Origin: Candidatus Hydrogenedentota bacterium
GTDB lineage: Bacteria; Hydrogenedentota; Hydrogenedentia; Hydrogenedentales; SLHB01
NCBI GenBank assembly: GCA_963668025.2
Contig: CAXXTH010000010.1
Coordinates: 96,001-160,000 of the forward strand
Direction: 5' to 3'
DNA length: 64,000 bases
Shown in pieces: positions 20,028-28,193 of the stretch. The position numbers were made by a program, and so were the translations under genes. Numbering within the stretch: the first letter of the stretch is position 1; the number at the start of each line of letters is the position of its first letter. The notes under the pieces are model-generated. The model was not told the origin of the DNA, did no database searches, and saw nothing but the letters and a program-made list of their open reading frames with translations.

Positions 20028-20853
20028 TCAAGCAGCCGCGGCGCTTGCCATTGTTGCTCTGGAGGTTTCTATGCCGAGTGGACGGAGCAAATGGGGCTGT
20101 TCGTCCATCTCTTTTCTCAATAGAGTGATGAGAGCGAGGCACGATGGGCGTGTGGCGTGTTTTCGCCACCGTGGCAGCGGGGCGTATGCACTATTTCGTT
20201 CGGGGCCAAAGGTTTTTATGGCGGCCAGTAGCAATGCGCTGTAGGCGGCGATGGCAAGCGGGGGCTGCTTGGGTACGGCATTGGGGTTCCAGAGCTGAGC
20301 TTGTCCGACGCCCAAGGTGTCCTTTTCCTCGCGATGGTTGACTTCAATCTGCCAGCGGTCGAAGTAGATCTGGAGCAGCCTCTGTGCGGCGTGAACCCTG
20401 TCGGTACAAAGAAGGTAGGCTGGTTGCCGGTAATAAAGCTTACTGCTTTTCCGCTTGCGGTAGGGGGTGGGAGCGATAGCGAAAAGGCGGAGGGGAAGAC
20501 GGCGCGCGCCGCCTTGCCAGTAGAGGGTCTTGATTTCCTTGTAGCGGACCTTGCGGCGTTTGCCGCCGTAGAATAGCTTCGTAGTCTTCCAGGGGATGCT
20601 ATCGTCCTGGCGTACTTGCTCGGGGGTGAATTTTTCTTGGGCATAGAAACGCCGCGAACCCTCTGGAGCGCCAAAGCATAGGACTGCGTCCTTGCGGGCA
20701 CGGGCGATGAGGTGGGTGCGGTCGCGTTCAGCGCCGAAGACGGTCTGGTTGCAAAAGCTGCCGTCGAGGGCCATGACCAAGGTTTTCTCCCTGGCGCCGA
20801 CGGCGTCGAGGGATGCGCGCAAGGAGTCCATCATCGCCACGCAATGGGTTGAA
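20028..20853 (-). pseudogene. 3' half of an IS4/IS701-like DDE transposase, 5' part missing
   Basis: LDGSF (second D) and YFDRWQIEVNHREEK (E motif) present; coding sequence begins abruptly at the IS1380 end at 20854. Confidence 0.8.
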
Positions 20854-22544
20854 CCTAAAAAAGGCAGTAGGAACTTGCTTTGGGATTTTTCCAGCCCAAT
20901 TTTGTAAAGAAATAACTGTCCTGGCCCGCTCTTTACGTTGGCGCCGGCAGCAGGTTGGGGGTGGCCAGCGGCCTTCCCTCGAGTATTTTGGCGAAGATCC
21001 GGCTGAGGATCGTCCGCCATCGTTCGTTCCAGTTCAACTGCCGCGCAGTTGCTTTCATCTCCAATAAAAAGGCGTTTACGGATTTCAGAACTTGTTCCAT
21101 AGCATGTCCTTGCGCATGCACGGGGGTGATGGTGAGCGTGGTTTGGCCTCCGTGGCGGGTCTGCTGTCCCACGCCGTAGAGCAGCAGAGGGCGGCTTGTG
21201 ATCGCTTCGGCGTGGCGCTCCGGAATCGCCAAGCGCACGTACAAAGACCACCAATTGTAAATCAGGGCTATGATTCGCGCCATGATTTGGCAGCGCTTCA
21301 TATCGTGGGTGGTATACCCGCCCCACCCCCACTGGTTTTTCTGTTCATCGTAGATGTTTTCCGCATCGCCCCGGTCGCGATAATGCTGGGCCAAGGCCGA
21401 TAGGGGGTCTGTCAGCGAAGTGGCCAGCAGCGCGTATTCATACTGCTGCACGGCTCCCGCTTGGATCTCGATGAGCTGTAGTTGGGGGGAGGGGTCAGGC
21501 AATAGCGGCTCCGTTTCCAGAACGATACTCCCTTTGAGCTTGCGCCGCAGAACGATTACCCGGCGTTTGCTCGTCCATCCCATAAGCTCCAGACGGTCTT
21601 CCAAACCTTCCCAGCCTTGGCCTGCTGGCGTCCAGTCCTTAGAACAAAAGGCCTGCTGGATAAGCCGTTTCACGTTGCTGGTCTGCCGCAATTTGAACAG
21701 ATAGGGCACTCCGCGCGCTTCGGCTTCGCTCATGTCGCGTTCGTTGCCGAAGGCGCAGTCGCCGCGAATCATGCCCGGCCAGGCCGCGCGCGGCAAGCCA
21801 TCGAGAAAATGCCACAATCCAGGCATGGTGTATTTCGCCGCCGTCTCGTTGCCCGGCCGGACTTCCACGTCCAGCACCAAGCGCGTGTTCGCCATAAAAT
21901 AGGTATGCAGCACATGAGAAGGACGGCCCTGTTTCGCCGGATTGTAGCCCAGCACGGCCCCTTCTTGATGGCCGAACAGGGGCTTCACGCTTGTATCCAC
22001 GTCCAAAATCCAAGGCTCATAAAGCAACGGCTCATAACAGCGGCGCAGGTGCTTCTGTAGCCAGCCCGCGCAGGCTTCCCCGTCCGCCAGTATAAATGCC
22101 CGCCGCGCCGAGGAGGCGCTCATGATCTTGCTCATACCCAGCAAGCCCGGGTTCACCGCGTCGTAACGGACCGCGTCAATGTGCGCATAGCGGGTGTGGC
22201 CCGCCAGCACTGATAAAAATAGCGTGCCCAGCACATCCCTCTTGCGCGGCGCATTATTGCTGGCGTACGCCAGCGGACAGTCCTCCACCCACGCTTCAAA
22301 AAGCTCCGCCGTCTTGAGGAAATCGATAAAGAACGCCAACTGGCCAAACGGCGTCGTTGCCGCCTCCCGGTCCCATTCCACATGCACCCGGCCCCCGTAG
22401 CTATCTACGAAAATCGGCACCTCCAAAGACAACCATTCCTCCTCTCCCAATGGGGGAGCATCTTGCTGTTGCGATTCTGTTTCCATGTTCTTTATCTTGA
22501 ACTACTTCCTGCTCGACACTCAAGATTCAACTGGCGTTTTTAGG
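20854..22544 (-). mobile_element. IS1380-family insertion sequence, 1691 bp
   Basis: Imperfect TIRs CCTAAAAAAGGCAGT and ACTGGCGTTTTTAGG; single transposase; flanks TTGAA and TTCAA are not a perfect direct repeat. Confidence 0.85.
20933..22486 (-). CDS. IS1380-family DDE transposase
   Basis: LDVDTS..GHQEGA..GY, IRGDCAF, YRDRGDAENIYDEQK. Confidence 0.88.
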   Translation of the reverse strand: METESQQQDAPPLGEEEWLSLEVPIFVDSYGGRVHVEWDREAATTPFGQLAFFIDFLKTAELFEAWVEDCPLAYASNNAPRKRDVLGTLFLSVLAGHTRYAHIDAVRYDAVNPGLLGMSKIMSASSARRAFILADGEACAGWLQKHLRRCYEPLLYEPWILDVDTSVKPLFGHQEGAVLGYNPAKQGRPSHVLHTYFMANTRLVLDVEVRPGNETAAKYTMPGLWHFLDGLPRAAWPGMIRGDCAFGNERDMSEAEARGVPYLFKLRQTSNVKRLIQQAFCSKDWTPAGQGWEGLEDRLELMGWTSKRRVIVLRRKLKGSIVLETEPLLPDPSPQLQLIEIQAGAVQQYEYALLATSLTDPLSALAQHYRDRGDAENIYDEQKNQWGWGGYTTHDMKRCQIMARIIALIYNWWSLYVRLAIPERHAEAITSRPLLLYGVGQQTRHGGQTTLTITPVHAQGHAMEQVLKSVNAFLLEMKATARQLNWNERWRTILSRIFAKILEGRPLATPNLLPAPT

Positions 22545-24881
22545 TTCAATAATCACAGGGGTCATGCTCTGCGATTTGACGGCCTCTGCCAGACTATTGT
22601 AGCGCTCGATTCCTTCCTTCAGCCGGTAGATCATGCTTGGGCCCGGAATGCCTGGTGGAACATTTAGGTCTCCGTCCAACGGTATGCCTTGCTTCACGGC
22701 TTCCCTATACGCCGCGATGAACGCCATGCCCTCCTCCTCATTCGTAGTCACGAATCCCAGGTAGAAATAACTCTCATCATCGATGAGGACTTTCGGGTCG
22801 GTGCTGGTTATTTGGCCGGATACGGGACAGTGTAGGATGTTCGGATCGGAAAGGTATTTGGGATAAACCTCATCGGGCTTGAACATCAACCGACCGAGCT
22901 GAGGATCCAGGGCAGGCAACCAGTCCCTATGGTCCCCGTCGTACTTTTTGCACATAACACCCAATTGTTTTAGATTCGTCGCACATTGCTGGCGTAAACG
23001 AGCATTTTCGCTTTCGGCGTTGGAGAGCATTCCGCCCATCGCAGCCCGGCTATGGCCGCCCGCTTTGCGTAGGACGATTTCGCAGTTCGTGTGTTGCCCA
23101 GGCACGAGGGACACATTGTGAAATTCGACAGTATCCCAATCACAGGCTTGAAGTTGGAACAATTTCACATCATCCAGCTTCAAATCAGTGAACTCGTAAG
23201 TATTTTGGTAGACGTTAAGTCCGGGGCTGTTGGTTCCGTCGCAGTTGGGTGCTACTACGAGATCGCCGGAAGACATTAGTGCGATAAGGCGCAATGCCTT
23301 CTGGTTAAGATCTCCGGCGATGGTAACAGTCCTCACATAACAACCGTCATTTTGGTGGATAGCTGAGAACGCGACAAACCCTTCCTTGGCTTCCGTGCCG
23401 CACAAGTCTCTGCCTGCTCCAGCCACTGTGGTCCACTTTTCTGAAGGGACCTTTATAAGGATATTCTGCGTTTCGGCCTTTTCCGTAAATCCTACTGTCG
23501 CAACAGTGAAACCACTATGAGAACCTGCGCCAAACACATTTGACCCTTCAAAGGTGAAGTCCAAACCAAAGCCTTTTGGCAGTCCCGATGCCTTAAAGAC
23601 AAAATCGTACACAAAGTTGCTTGATACAGATGACCTGGCTTGGCCCTCGAACGGAGCCTCAGCCAGGGGAGCCCCATCAGGGCGCCAGAAAGCTTTGTCT
23701 TCGGAGTTGTTCGTGCGGACTGCGACGAGCTCGACTACCGCGTCGCTCGGCATGACGGCAGTCCACTTGGTGTTCTCTGACGATGGCGCCTCCGCGCGTG
23801 CGACGGGACGTATTACGGCAAGCATCGAGACGGTGAACAGGGTGCATAGGACGCAGAACACCAATATATGCCGGCTGAGGGGACCTCGGCTGCATCCTTT
23901 AGCCAACATGGCGCGCACCCGCGTTTCGAGCCGAGTGGGACGGCCCATCGCGATGGCCGCGCCCGCAACTCGCGCGGAATGCAACGAATGCACGATGTCA
24001 AGGAGATGCGCGGCATAGTCGCAGGCGGCAATTCCACCGGCCACGACAGCATCATCACAGGCGTGTTCGCTTTCGCCGCGCAGCGCCCGCGCCACAATCC
24101 AGGCGAGCGGATTGAACCAATGGAACGCACAGGCCAACCGGGCAAGTAACTGAGTGAGATAATCCCAGCGCCGGATATGGGACAGTTCGTGGCGCAGCAC
24201 GACGCTTTTGCGTTCGGAAGTCCACGTATCGGCGCTCCGTGGTACGAGAATAACGGGCTGAATCGCGCCCCACGTCACGGGCAGGTCGTCGGTCTCCGTT
24301 TGGCGCAGACGGACCGCACGGCGAATGCCCAATTCACGCCGCGCATCCTCCAAGAGCCGAGCCCATTCCTCGCTGTGGACCAGGTGGGCCGAGGCCGTTC
24401 TACGCTGTATTACGAACAGTCCCCACGCCGTTTGCAGCAGGAGGACGCTCGCTACCGCTCCCCAAGGAATCAACACGATGGCGGCGCTGGGCAAGCGCCA
24501 GGCTGTCACAGGCAGCGCAACCGCGCGCGTAGTTTCCGGCAGCAGTGGTGCGTTACGATTCACTACATTGGAGGTTATTTCCGGTTCCGGTGGTGTTGGC
24601 GGCGCTTGCCGCTCCACTTCTGTCAGCTCCGGTTGAGCAACGGATGGCGCGTAAAACATAGGGACGGCCAACCGGGGGATTTCCAACGCCAGAACTGGTA
24701 GCGCCAGCACGCCGCCGATGGCGCACGCGAGGATGAAGTGGCGCGACGCGGGCGTCCCCCGGCGCAAGCACTGGCGGGCGGCCATGGCCAGCACCAATAG
24801 GACGGAGCATTTCAGCGTGCAGGCGGCGAAGAACTCCACTGCACCGTCTGGAACGCCGAGACTTGAAAACAGTGTATCCAT
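22527..24881 (-). CDS. BlaR1/MecR1-type M56 peptidase fused to a DUF1559-like domain; 3' end truncated by IS1380
   Basis: LRHELSHIRRWD and ESEHACDD zinc motifs; C-terminal CATNLKQLG..Y....LP and YRLKEGIERY; stop codon lies inside the IS end. Confidence 0.85.
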   Translation of the reverse strand: MDTLFSSLGVPDGAVEFFAACTLKCSVLLVLAMAARQCLRRGTPASRHFILACAIGGVLALPVLALEIPRLAVPMFYAPSVAQPELTEVERQAPPTPPEPEITSNVVNRNAPLLPETTRAVALPVTAWRLPSAAIVLIPWGAVASVLLLQTAWGLFVIQRRTASAHLVHSEEWARLLEDARRELGIRRAVRLRQTETDDLPVTWGAIQPVILVPRSADTWTSERKSVVLRHELSHIRRWDYLTQLLARLACAFHWFNPLAWIVARALRGESEHACDDAVVAGGIAACDYAAHLLDIVHSLHSARVAGAAIAMGRPTRLETRVRAMLAKGCSRGPLSRHILVFCVLCTLFTVSMLAVIRPVARAEAPSSENTKWTAVMPSDAVVELVAVRTNNSEDKAFWRPDGAPLAEAPFEGQARSSVSSNFVYDFVFKASGLPKGFGLDFTFEGSNVFGAGSHSGFTVATVGFTEKAETQNILIKVPSEKWTTVAGAGRDLCGTEAKEGFVAFSAIHQNDGCYVRTVTIAGDLNQKALRLIALMSSGDLVVAPNCDGTNSPGLNVYQNTYEFTDLKLDDVKLFQLQACDWDTVEFHNVSLVPGQHTNCEIVLRKAGGHSRAAMGGMLSNAESENARLRQQCATNLKQLGVMCKKYDGDHRDWLPALDPQLGRLMFKPDEVYPKYLSDPNILHCPVSGQITSTDPKVLIDDESYFYLGFVTTNEEEGMAFIAAYREAVKQGIPLDGDLNVPPGIPGPSMIYRLKEGIERYNSLAEAVKSQSMTPVIIEPKNAS

Positions 24882-24882
24882 G

Positions 24883-25266
24883 TCACTTCTCCTCTTGTTT
24901 GGCCTGCTCAACCAGTTTGGCCAGCCGTTCCAATTCCTCGGGAGTTATGTCTTCACTTGACAAATCGAGCAGTGTTGCGACGACCTTCTCCGGCGAGCCG
25001 TCGAAGAACGTGTGCAATAGCTGCCGCAACGCGTCGCGCGCCGCTTTGGCGCGGGCTTTCTTCGGGGAATAGACATAGCGCGGCCCGTCCTTCGTGTAGC
25101 GCAGATACCCCTTTTGAACCAGAATGGTCAGCAGCGCCCGGACGGACGAGTAACTTGGAGCGTCCTCCATCGCCTCGCGCACCTCCGCGGCGGTCGCCCG
25201 GCCGTGCCGATAGATGATATCCATTATCTGGCGTTCCCGCTTGCTCAATGATTGGGAGATCTTCAT
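24883..25266 (-). CDS. BlaI/MecI/CopY-family repressor
   Basis: LSKRERQIMDIIY..SYSSVRALLTILVQKGYL..FFDGS..LL; ends directly upstream of the M56 gene. Confidence 0.92.
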   Translation of the reverse strand: MKISQSLSKRERQIMDIIYRHGRATAAEVREAMEDAPSYSSVRALLTILVQKGYLRYTKDGPRYVYSPKKARAKAARDALRQLLHTFFDGSPEKVVATLLDLSSEDITPEELERLAKLVEQAKQEEK

Positions 25267-25292
25267 GGCCCGCCTCCGTTCTTGGCTCGTCT

Positions 25293-25329
25293 ATGCTAAA
25301 ATATTAGCATGATGATCCGGCGGTGTCAA
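25293..25329 (-). promoter_or_regulatory. blaI promoter with palindromic operator over the -10 box
   Basis: Minus strand TTGACA-17 bp-TAATAT with TG extension; palindrome ATGCTAA-AATA-TTAGCAT at 25293-25310. Confidence 0.75.
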
Positions 25330-25595
25330 GAGGAAATGCGAATTTTTTAGCATAACGTCGATGATCAGTTGCGCCATGGCTTGCGTGCTGGCGATACCCA
25401 GAATAATCCCCATGAACATGCGAATAGTGTGCATTCCGCACCTCCAGAGCGTATTGCTCCTCTGCCCCATTCCCAATAAAGGCCGCAAGCAATGCCGGCC
25501 CCATCCTTATTAGTGTACCATCAAATCTCCGGCAAGGGGGGAATATGCCGCCGGCAAGCCTTTATATCGTTATGCCATGAATTACCGTGTTCTCT

Positions 25596-27644
25596 TCATT
25601 TCCGCCGCCGGGGCTTGCGTTTTTTCGGCTTGGGCGGGGCGAGATGGGCCTCGATCATATCTTGTGCGGCACGGATCTGGGGCTGCAACAAATCCTCGGG
25701 AATTTCGGAAAGGAAACGGCTGGGCTTGGTGAGGCGCGATTTGCCGAAACGTTCGCGCGAGAGGGCATGGAAAAGCGTCACGTGACGTTGGGCGCGCGTG
25801 AGCGCGACATAAAACAACCGGCGTTCTTCCTCGAGGGCGTCGCCTTTCAGGCTCTTGTCGTGGGGCATGAGGCCTTCCTCGATCCCGACAATGAACACAA
25901 AAGGATATTCGAGGCCTTTAGCGCTGTGGACGGTCATTAGGGTGGCGCCAGGCGTCTTGTGCTTGTCGCGCCCCCGGCGGTCGTCATCGGTCACCAAGGC
26001 GCTCTGGTCGAGAAAGGCCGTAAGCGTCGGCGATTCCACCGTTGATTCATATTCGGACATGGACGTGAGCAAGGCCTGGATGTTCGACCAGCGGGCCTCG
26101 AATTGGGCGGGCGATTTACTCGTGCGGAGCAGCTCATCGCGGTAGCCGATACGGTCCACCAGGTCCGTCGCCGTGATGCCGAGCTTGCCGTGGCAATCGT
26201 GGAAACGCCCCCGGAACTCGCTCAGAATCCCGAGAAACTCCTGAATGCCCCCGCGCGTCGCGGGCGTAAGGCCGCCTTGTTCGACCAGTGCGGCGAGCCC
26301 TTTGCCCAGTGAGAGCTGGCGGGTGCGGCACAGCTCGTGGACTTGGTGCAAGGTGGTATCGCCGATGCCGCGCCGGGGCATGTTGGCCACACGCAGGAAA
26401 GCCGCCTCGTCGCGCGGATTAGCGATGGCCTTGAGGTAGGCCACGATGTCCTTGATCTCCGCGCGCTCGTAGAATTCCTGGCCGCCCACGACGATATAGG
26501 GGATGCCCGCTTGCCGGAAGGCGATCTCGAAGGGGCGGGATTGGAGATTCGAGCGATAGAGGATCAGGAAGTCGCTGTATTTCGCTTCACTCTTGCTCTG
26601 GATATGTTTGAGCCATGCCACGGCCTCCTTGGCCTCTTGCTCCTCATCGGCCACGGTGAAGAAGTCGATGGGCCGTCCTGGCCCGAGGGTGCTCCACAAG
26701 TTTTTATCCCTGCGGTGGCGGTTATTCCGGATGACGGCGTTGGCGGCCTTGAGGATGGTCTCTCGTGAACGGTAATTCTGGGAAAGCGTGATGATGCGCG
26801 CCTTGCGGAAATCGCGCTCGAAATCGAGGAGGTTGCGGATATCCGCCCCGCGCCAGCCGTAAATGGATTGGTCGTCATCACCCACCACGCACAAGTTGCC
26901 ATGGCCCCCCGCCAAGGCGCGCAGGAGGCTGTATTGCACGCGGTTGGTGTCTTGATATTCATCGACCATGACATAGCGAAACTGGGCCTGATAGCGTGCG
27001 AGGACATCCGGGTGTTCCTGCAAAAGGCGCAGGGTAAGAAGCAGCAAATCATCAAAATCCACCGTGTTCGCCGCACGCAGGGCCGACTGGTAGCGGTCGT
27101 AAATCTCGGGCAGCCACTGGCGGTATTTCTGCGTGGCGTCTGTTTCGCCTTTTGCGACAGGCAAGGTTTCGGGAGTCGCGCCCGTGCTCTTGATGGTGCT
27201 GATGTGTTCGAGCACCATGCCTGCGTCGAAGGATTCCTGGATGCCTTCCAAGTCATCCAGGCTGCGGCGCACCAGCGTGCGGACATCGCTCTCGCTCGAT
27301 ATCGTGAAGTTGCGCCGGTAGCCAAGCTGCTCGATTTCCTCGCGCAACACGCGGACACAGAAGGAATGGAATGTCGAGATGGTGATGGATTTGGCCAGTT
27401 CCTTGCCCACGAGCGAGGCCACGCGCTCGCGCATCTCGCCCGCCGCCTTGTTGGTGAAGGTCACGGCAAGGATGGAGTCCGGCGCGGCAAGGCCTTTGGC
27501 GATCAGATAGGCGATGCGCGTGGTGATCACGCGCGTCTTGCCGCTGCCCGCGCCCGCGATGATGAGCACGGGGCCATCCGTCTGGAGCACGGCTTCCCGC
27601 TGCTCGGGATTCAACTGCTGGAGGATGGGGCCAATATCTTTCAT
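25596..27644 (-). CDS. UvrD/Rep/PcrA-family SF1A DNA helicase
   Basis: AGAGSGKT, TFTNKAA, VDEYQD, VGDDDQSIY, QNYRS, TVHSAKGLE, EERRLFYVALTRA. Confidence 0.95.
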   Translation of the reverse strand: MKDIGPILQQLNPEQREAVLQTDGPVLIIAGAGSGKTRVITTRIAYLIAKGLAAPDSILAVTFTNKAAGEMRERVASLVGKELAKSITISTFHSFCVRVLREEIEQLGYRRNFTISSESDVRTLVRRSLDDLEGIQESFDAGMVLEHISTIKSTGATPETLPVAKGETDATQKYRQWLPEIYDRYQSALRAANTVDFDDLLLLTLRLLQEHPDVLARYQAQFRYVMVDEYQDTNRVQYSLLRALAGGHGNLCVVGDDDQSIYGWRGADIRNLLDFERDFRKARIITLSQNYRSRETILKAANAVIRNNRHRRDKNLWSTLGPGRPIDFFTVADEEQEAKEAVAWLKHIQSKSEAKYSDFLILYRSNLQSRPFEIAFRQAGIPYIVVGGQEFYERAEIKDIVAYLKAIANPRDEAAFLRVANMPRRGIGDTTLHQVHELCRTRQLSLGKGLAALVEQGGLTPATRGGIQEFLGILSEFRGRFHDCHGKLGITATDLVDRIGYRDELLRTSKSPAQFEARWSNIQALLTSMSEYESTVESPTLTAFLDQSALVTDDDRRGRDKHKTPGATLMTVHSAKGLEYPFVFIVGIEEGLMPHDKSLKGDALEEERRLFYVALTRAQRHVTLFHALSRERFGKSRLTKPSRFLSEIPEDLLQPQIRAAQDMIEAHLAPPKPKKRKPRRRK

Positions 27645-27740
27645 TTAATTCGTTTCAATCCGGAGAAGCTGCACAACGCTTTTAGTACTATTTTATTGCC
27701 ATTCCCGCGAAAGGGGGCATTCAAATAAATCCGCACACCC

Positions 27741-27827
27741 AAAGCGGCAGCAAGCTGCCGCATTCCATATTCTTTGACAAGAAAAGACTTAGCGCACATG
27801 TGGAGTGCGGTAGCTTGCTACCGCTTT
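27741..27827. repeat. REP-like palindrome pair (TGGAGTGCGGYAGCTTGCTRCCGCTTT family)
   Basis: AAAGCGGCAGCAAGCTGCCGCATTCCA and inverted TGGAGTGCGGTAGCTTGCTACCGCTTT; degenerate copies near 7360, 9933 and 10118. Confidence 0.75.
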
Positions 27828-27895
27828 CTTGTCCTCGTTGGTGTATTTCACTGGCGTTTCCTTGTTTTGGCTTGCCAGCTCCATTTTAAATATCC

Positions 27896-28083
27896 GTAAC
27901 ACTTTAGCCAAGTGGTGAAGAATGACCGGCGAGGGCGCCGGTCCCACACATCGTATAGTAGAAAAGGTGTGGGACCGACGCCCTCGTCGGTCGTCAGATG
28001 CAAAATGATGCATCAATACCGGCGAAAAGGTATAAACAAGGCTGCCAAATAAAAGATGCTACTTCAGTCGGCAAAAGTGTAAT
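27896..28083. mobile_element. GTAAC-ended MITE (188 bp) carrying an inverted REP doublet
   Basis: Left end GTAACACTTTAGC; right end ACTTCAGTCGGCAAAAGTGTAAT resembles the 49405 element; flanks AAATATCC/GAAAATCC (6/8); REP pair at 27924-27947 and 27969-27992. Confidence 0.7.
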
Positions 28084-28137
28084 GAAAATCCTTTATCGTT
28101 GGGGTGGCATCATGGTGTTTTTCTTGTATCGCCGCCG

Positions 28138-28174
28138 AAAAAAAAGCCGGAGGGGCGAATGGCTTCCCCTCCGG
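28138..28174 (-). terminator. Intrinsic terminator of tgt-yajC-secDF
   Basis: CCGGAGGGG/CCCCTCCGG stem followed by an 8-T run on the minus strand, ~20 bp after the secDF stop. Confidence 0.8.
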
Positions 28175-28193
28175 ACTTGCAGGCTAGCTAACG

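Noticed and set aside
20028-21332. 434-aa ORF as an intact transposase
   Set aside because: Its first ~160 codons lie inside the IS1380 element in another frame; only the part below 20854 is transposase-like.
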